Notes under the pieces: generated by a model
What the model was told of the DNA's origin: nothing
What the model saw: only the letters and a program-made list of their open reading frames with translations
Database searches by the model: none
In this document: positions 8,837 through 11,659 of the stretch, in pieces
Layout of the letters: each line of letters starts with the position of its first letter
Numbering within the stretch: position 1 is the stretch's first letter
Assembly: GCF_006345805.1 (NCBI RefSeq)
Contig: NW_021826866.1
Span: forward strand, 1-11,659
Length of the DNA stretch: 11,659 bases
From: Octopus sinensis
Lineage: Eukaryota
Direction of reading: 5' to 3'
Position numbers and translations under genes: made by a program

Positions 8837-9022
8837 CAGTGTACATTTAACACATAAGAGGCATCCATCATGGGACTCCTTGCACTCTAGACAGATAGTT
8901 AAATTCCAAACCACTATTAGGATAAAATTTCGAAGTTTTACCCCTAATAGTTGTTTGGAATTTAACTGTTCTGTCTAGCGTGAAAGGAGTCCGATGATGG
9001 ATGCCTCTTATGTAGTACACTG
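8837..9022. mobile_element. 186-bp spacerless palindromic MITE (Tc1/mariner-type CAGTG termini)
   Basis: Arms 8837-8931 and 8932-9022 are reverse complements (roughly 85-90% identical, including a perfect 20-mer ACATAAGAGGCATCCATCAT), centred on TTC|GAA. Ends CAGTGTAC...GTACACTG; right flank TA, left flank TG. Confidence 0.85.
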
Positions 9023-9039
9023 TATATATAGATATAAAC

Positions 9040-9076
<37 letters not shown>

Positions 9077-9090
9077 ACATTCTTATATTA

Positions 9091-9224
9091 CGGCTATTCC
9101 TACAACGTAAACGCCTCACGCTGTAATGGGGCTATAAAGTCAAACTGCATCAATAAATATAAACGGCCACCCTGTATATTTAAAGTCCATTAAAGTGAGA
9201 GGCGTTTACTTGTACAAACAGCCC
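9091..9224. mobile_element. PIF/Harbinger (Tourist-like) MITE, 134 bp
   Basis: ~39-bp TIRs (31/39) starting (C/G)GGCT. TTA on both flanks (9088-9090, 9225-9227), the TSD typical of PIF/Harbinger. Confidence 0.75.
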
Positions 9225-9590
9225 TTAATATAATGAATGTATTTATAATTAAAGGAAAGATTATATATTTGCATTAATGTTTTTCCTAAATTGGTTTTTC
9301 ACGTTGGCTACTTGATAAGTTCTTATATATATTTTAACCTTGTATTATATAATACATATACATACCATACATATATATATATATTATATATATATATACT
9401 ATATCTATATATAATATATATATATATATGCTATATATATATATATACATGCATATATATATATATATATAGTATATATATATATACATGCATATATGGA
9501 TACAGGATGTCCCCAATGGTGCAAATACATGAAAATACGATAAGTAGTCAGTGTTGGATGATTCAATATACAATATCTGTGCATCACTCA

Positions 9591-9622
<32 letters not shown>

Positions 9623-9649
9623 ATTATATATTTATATATATATATATGT

Positions 9650-9868
9650 ATATCGAGTCAGACGCCATGATAGATCGCTAGCCACTACACACATTTTTTT
9701 TCTCTCCATGTTTCTCTCCTTGTTTTTTCTGTGTCCCTTTCTTTAGAAGAGCATAGGCTCGAAACGTAAAATACTTTTTCTATTATTAAGTGTTATACTA
9801 ATACATCTGTTTGTTTTGTACACCACCTGTCTTCGTCTTTTGTTTTTTTTTTCGTAAACTTTCCCTAT
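9650..9868 (+). mobile_element. Probable Penelope-like terminal-repeat fragment carrying a hammerhead relic
   Basis: Non-microsatellite block between TA tracts, pyrimidine-rich, containing the hammerhead-like motif at 9738-9771. Resembles an abundant octopus repeat from recollection. Confidence 0.5.
9738..9771 (+). ncRNA. Degenerate minimal type I hammerhead motif
   Basis: TTT-CTTTAGA-A-GAGC-atag-GCTC-GAAAC-GTA-AAA. Perfect stem II, GAAA core, loopless palindromic stem III (ACGU), GUA site, 3-bp stem I. Core G5/A6 mutated, so likely inactive. Confidence 0.55.
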
Positions 9869-9933
9869 ATATATGTAAATATATGTAGTATGTATGTAAG
9901 TATTATGTATGTATGTGTGCATATATAAATATT

Positions 9934-10007
<74 letters not shown>

Positions 10008-10253
10008 CTATATATATATATATTATATATTATATATGCATTCATATATATATATATATACACCATACATATACAAGGAACGTTCCAGAAGTTTTAAGAC
10101 ATTTTGAGGAAAGACATTTAAAAATCTCTAATATCCTTCAAAGAAGAACCCTCTGACTTCCATACACTTCTTATAGCGCTCCAGTAGATAAAATTATAAT
10201 AAAAGCGTATAAATATGTGGCTAAAAATACCCTTGATTGAAAAGAGTCAAAGG

Positions 10254-10321
10254 CTACCTGTGGAACTCGAACTCACGCCTTTGTAGACATGACTGATGTT
10301 CTACCACTGTACTAAAGCAAT
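10254..10321 (-). pseudogene. Degenerate tRNA-like sequence (tRNA pseudogene or SINE head)
   Basis: Minus strand has A-box TAGTACAGTGGTAG and B-box GAGTTCGAGTTCC at tRNA spacing, with partial D and T stems and TTTT shortly downstream. The anticodon stem does not pair. Confidence 0.5.
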
Positions 10322-10787
10322 CTTTTGAATTTCTCCGCCCATATAAGCTTTATTCTTACCAGCAAGAATTGCGTGTTGCTTGCATCATAAGAATTTACGA
10401 ACATCGAAACATAAAATGAGTCGTTTTCTTTAACGGTGGCTCTTAAAGTAGATAAAGCTATAAATAATAGTGTGCAAATACTGGGTTAAATATATACCCA
10501 CGTATTTGAATATAAAACTGCATGACATATTGGGAAACACCAAAAATGTATCACGAAAATCTGGAAGAAACTACTCGAAAGACAAATATGTGCACCAGTT
10601 ATAGATATAGTAGCGAATAGATCAGGGATTCCGACCGATGCCATGGACCGAACCCCTAAGAATTAATTAATTAATTAATTTTTTATGCTTCCTACAAAAG
10701 TAATATTGCATCTGAAGATGAAACATTAAATTTTCTAACACCTTTTTTTTTTTCGTTTTTTTTTTGCAAATTTAACCACATATATTA

Positions 10788-10996
10788 CATCATCATCATC
10801 ATTGTTCTACCGTGGTCGAGACAATGGAATTTACCATGCTACGCCAGACTTCACGGTCCATCATGGCATTACGGAGGTCCTGTTGCATGATGCCTGTATC
10901 CCTGGAGATTACATCAGGGTAGGAGAGAGTGCGCCCTCTGGTATCGCGAGCAGATGGCTTCCAGGGGAGAAGAGTAGAAATTACCTCTTTTTCAGT
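10788..10996 (-). mobile_element. 5'-truncated RTE-clade LINE 3' end
   Basis: Encodes EKEVISTLLPWKPSARDTRGRTLSYPDVISRDTG...AMMDREVWRSMV...EQ*, matching the RTE ORF C-terminal pattern (W.P..RGR..Y.D....D.G...A.DR..WR). The stop runs directly into a (TGA)5 tail. Confidence 0.85.
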
Positions 10997-11139
10997 CGTC
11001 ACTTGCGAACGAGTTTGGGTCGATAGCATATGCCATGCTTTCGCTCATTGTCTTAGGGGATTACGGAGTCGCGAAAAAGACAGACGCACTCTTAGCAACA
11101 ATTATCCTTGACCTTGTGGAACATCCAGTATATGAGAGT

Positions 11140-11262
11140 TGGAGTGAGTAGACTGATGTAATGTGAAATGAAGTGACTTGTTCAAGAACGCAACGAGCCA
11201 GCCGGTCCCGGAATTGAATCGAATACATTACGTATTAAGTCACACGTCTTCAAAACCACATT
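11140..11262 (-). mobile_element. Degenerate tRNA-headed CORE-like SINE 5' part
   Basis: Minus strand: B-box-like GATTCAATTCC (11210-11220), then CORE-like GTTCTTGAACAAGTCACTTCATTTCACATT (11160-11189). Confidence 0.6.
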
Positions 11263-11659
11263 TAGTACTCCAGGATATAAAATTTCTTGTTAAGCTTGAT
11301 AGAACAAAGCTATTTTCTAAGAGTGAGTTAATTACATTTTGAAAAGCGATTTTATTAAATTGTATACTTTCCCTCAATATCAGCTTTGAAATACCATCTC
11401 GCACTCCCAAGGGGTGTAGCCATGCTAACTTGACTTGTGAGTGGTGGAAACGGAGATTTTACAGTTAAAGAAAGATATTGATAAGTCTGTAAGAAATATT
11501 TATTAAACAATATATTCTTAGTTGTGGATAATATACAATCAGCTCTTTCATGGCAGATAAATCAAAGTGATATAAATAATTTCAGTAAACGATATGAAGA
11601 AAAAGATCTCTCGAACTCCACAGAAAGATAAATTCTGTAATCTTTCACGACATATATAC

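Larger units (their letters stand above)
9350..10065. repeat. (TA)n tracts 9350-9500 and 9866-10065; (CT)n/(TA)n 9595-9650
   Basis: Directly visible. Confidence 0.95.

Noticed and set aside
132-10097. Long ORFs in the supplied track (CVCV, THTH, IYIY, YLSI, NNNN, TTTT peptides)
   Set aside because: They are translations of microsatellites, open on several frames and both strands.
10480-10680. Possible second RTE 3' end (…YVHQL…AMDR) with an (AATT)n tail
   Set aside because: Requires frameshifts and only weak motif similarity; not supportable without an alignment.

Overview
AT-rich, microsatellite-saturated eukaryotic DNA, intronic or intergenic. The repeat families resemble those of octopod cephalopods, probably Octopus (inference from recalled SINE sequence). 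Almost all ORFs in the track are translations of simple repeats; no complete gene is present. The window is a layered archive of mobile elements. (1) tRNA-derived SINEs: CORE-type (1669-2100, 11140-11262) and Meta/MESC-type (3916-4030, nest at 6163-6796). (2) A decayed mariner transposase (minus strand, ~4060-5760) interrupted by a hAT MITE with a perfect 8-bp TSD and by a ~400-bp poly(A)-tailed insertion. (3) Three adjacent foldback/MITE elements (8443-9224). (4) An RTE LINE 3' end (10788-10996). (5) Several degenerate minimal type I hammerhead-ribozyme motifs, most with palindromic stem III, typical of Penelope-like elements (best at 2800-2847 minus and 9738-9771 plus). The most striking signals are a SINE subfamily joined twice to the same 15-nt site in the tRNA head of its own superfamily (apparent self-targeting) and the recurrent hammerhead architecture. 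One or two small unidentified exons may lie at 7882-8130.
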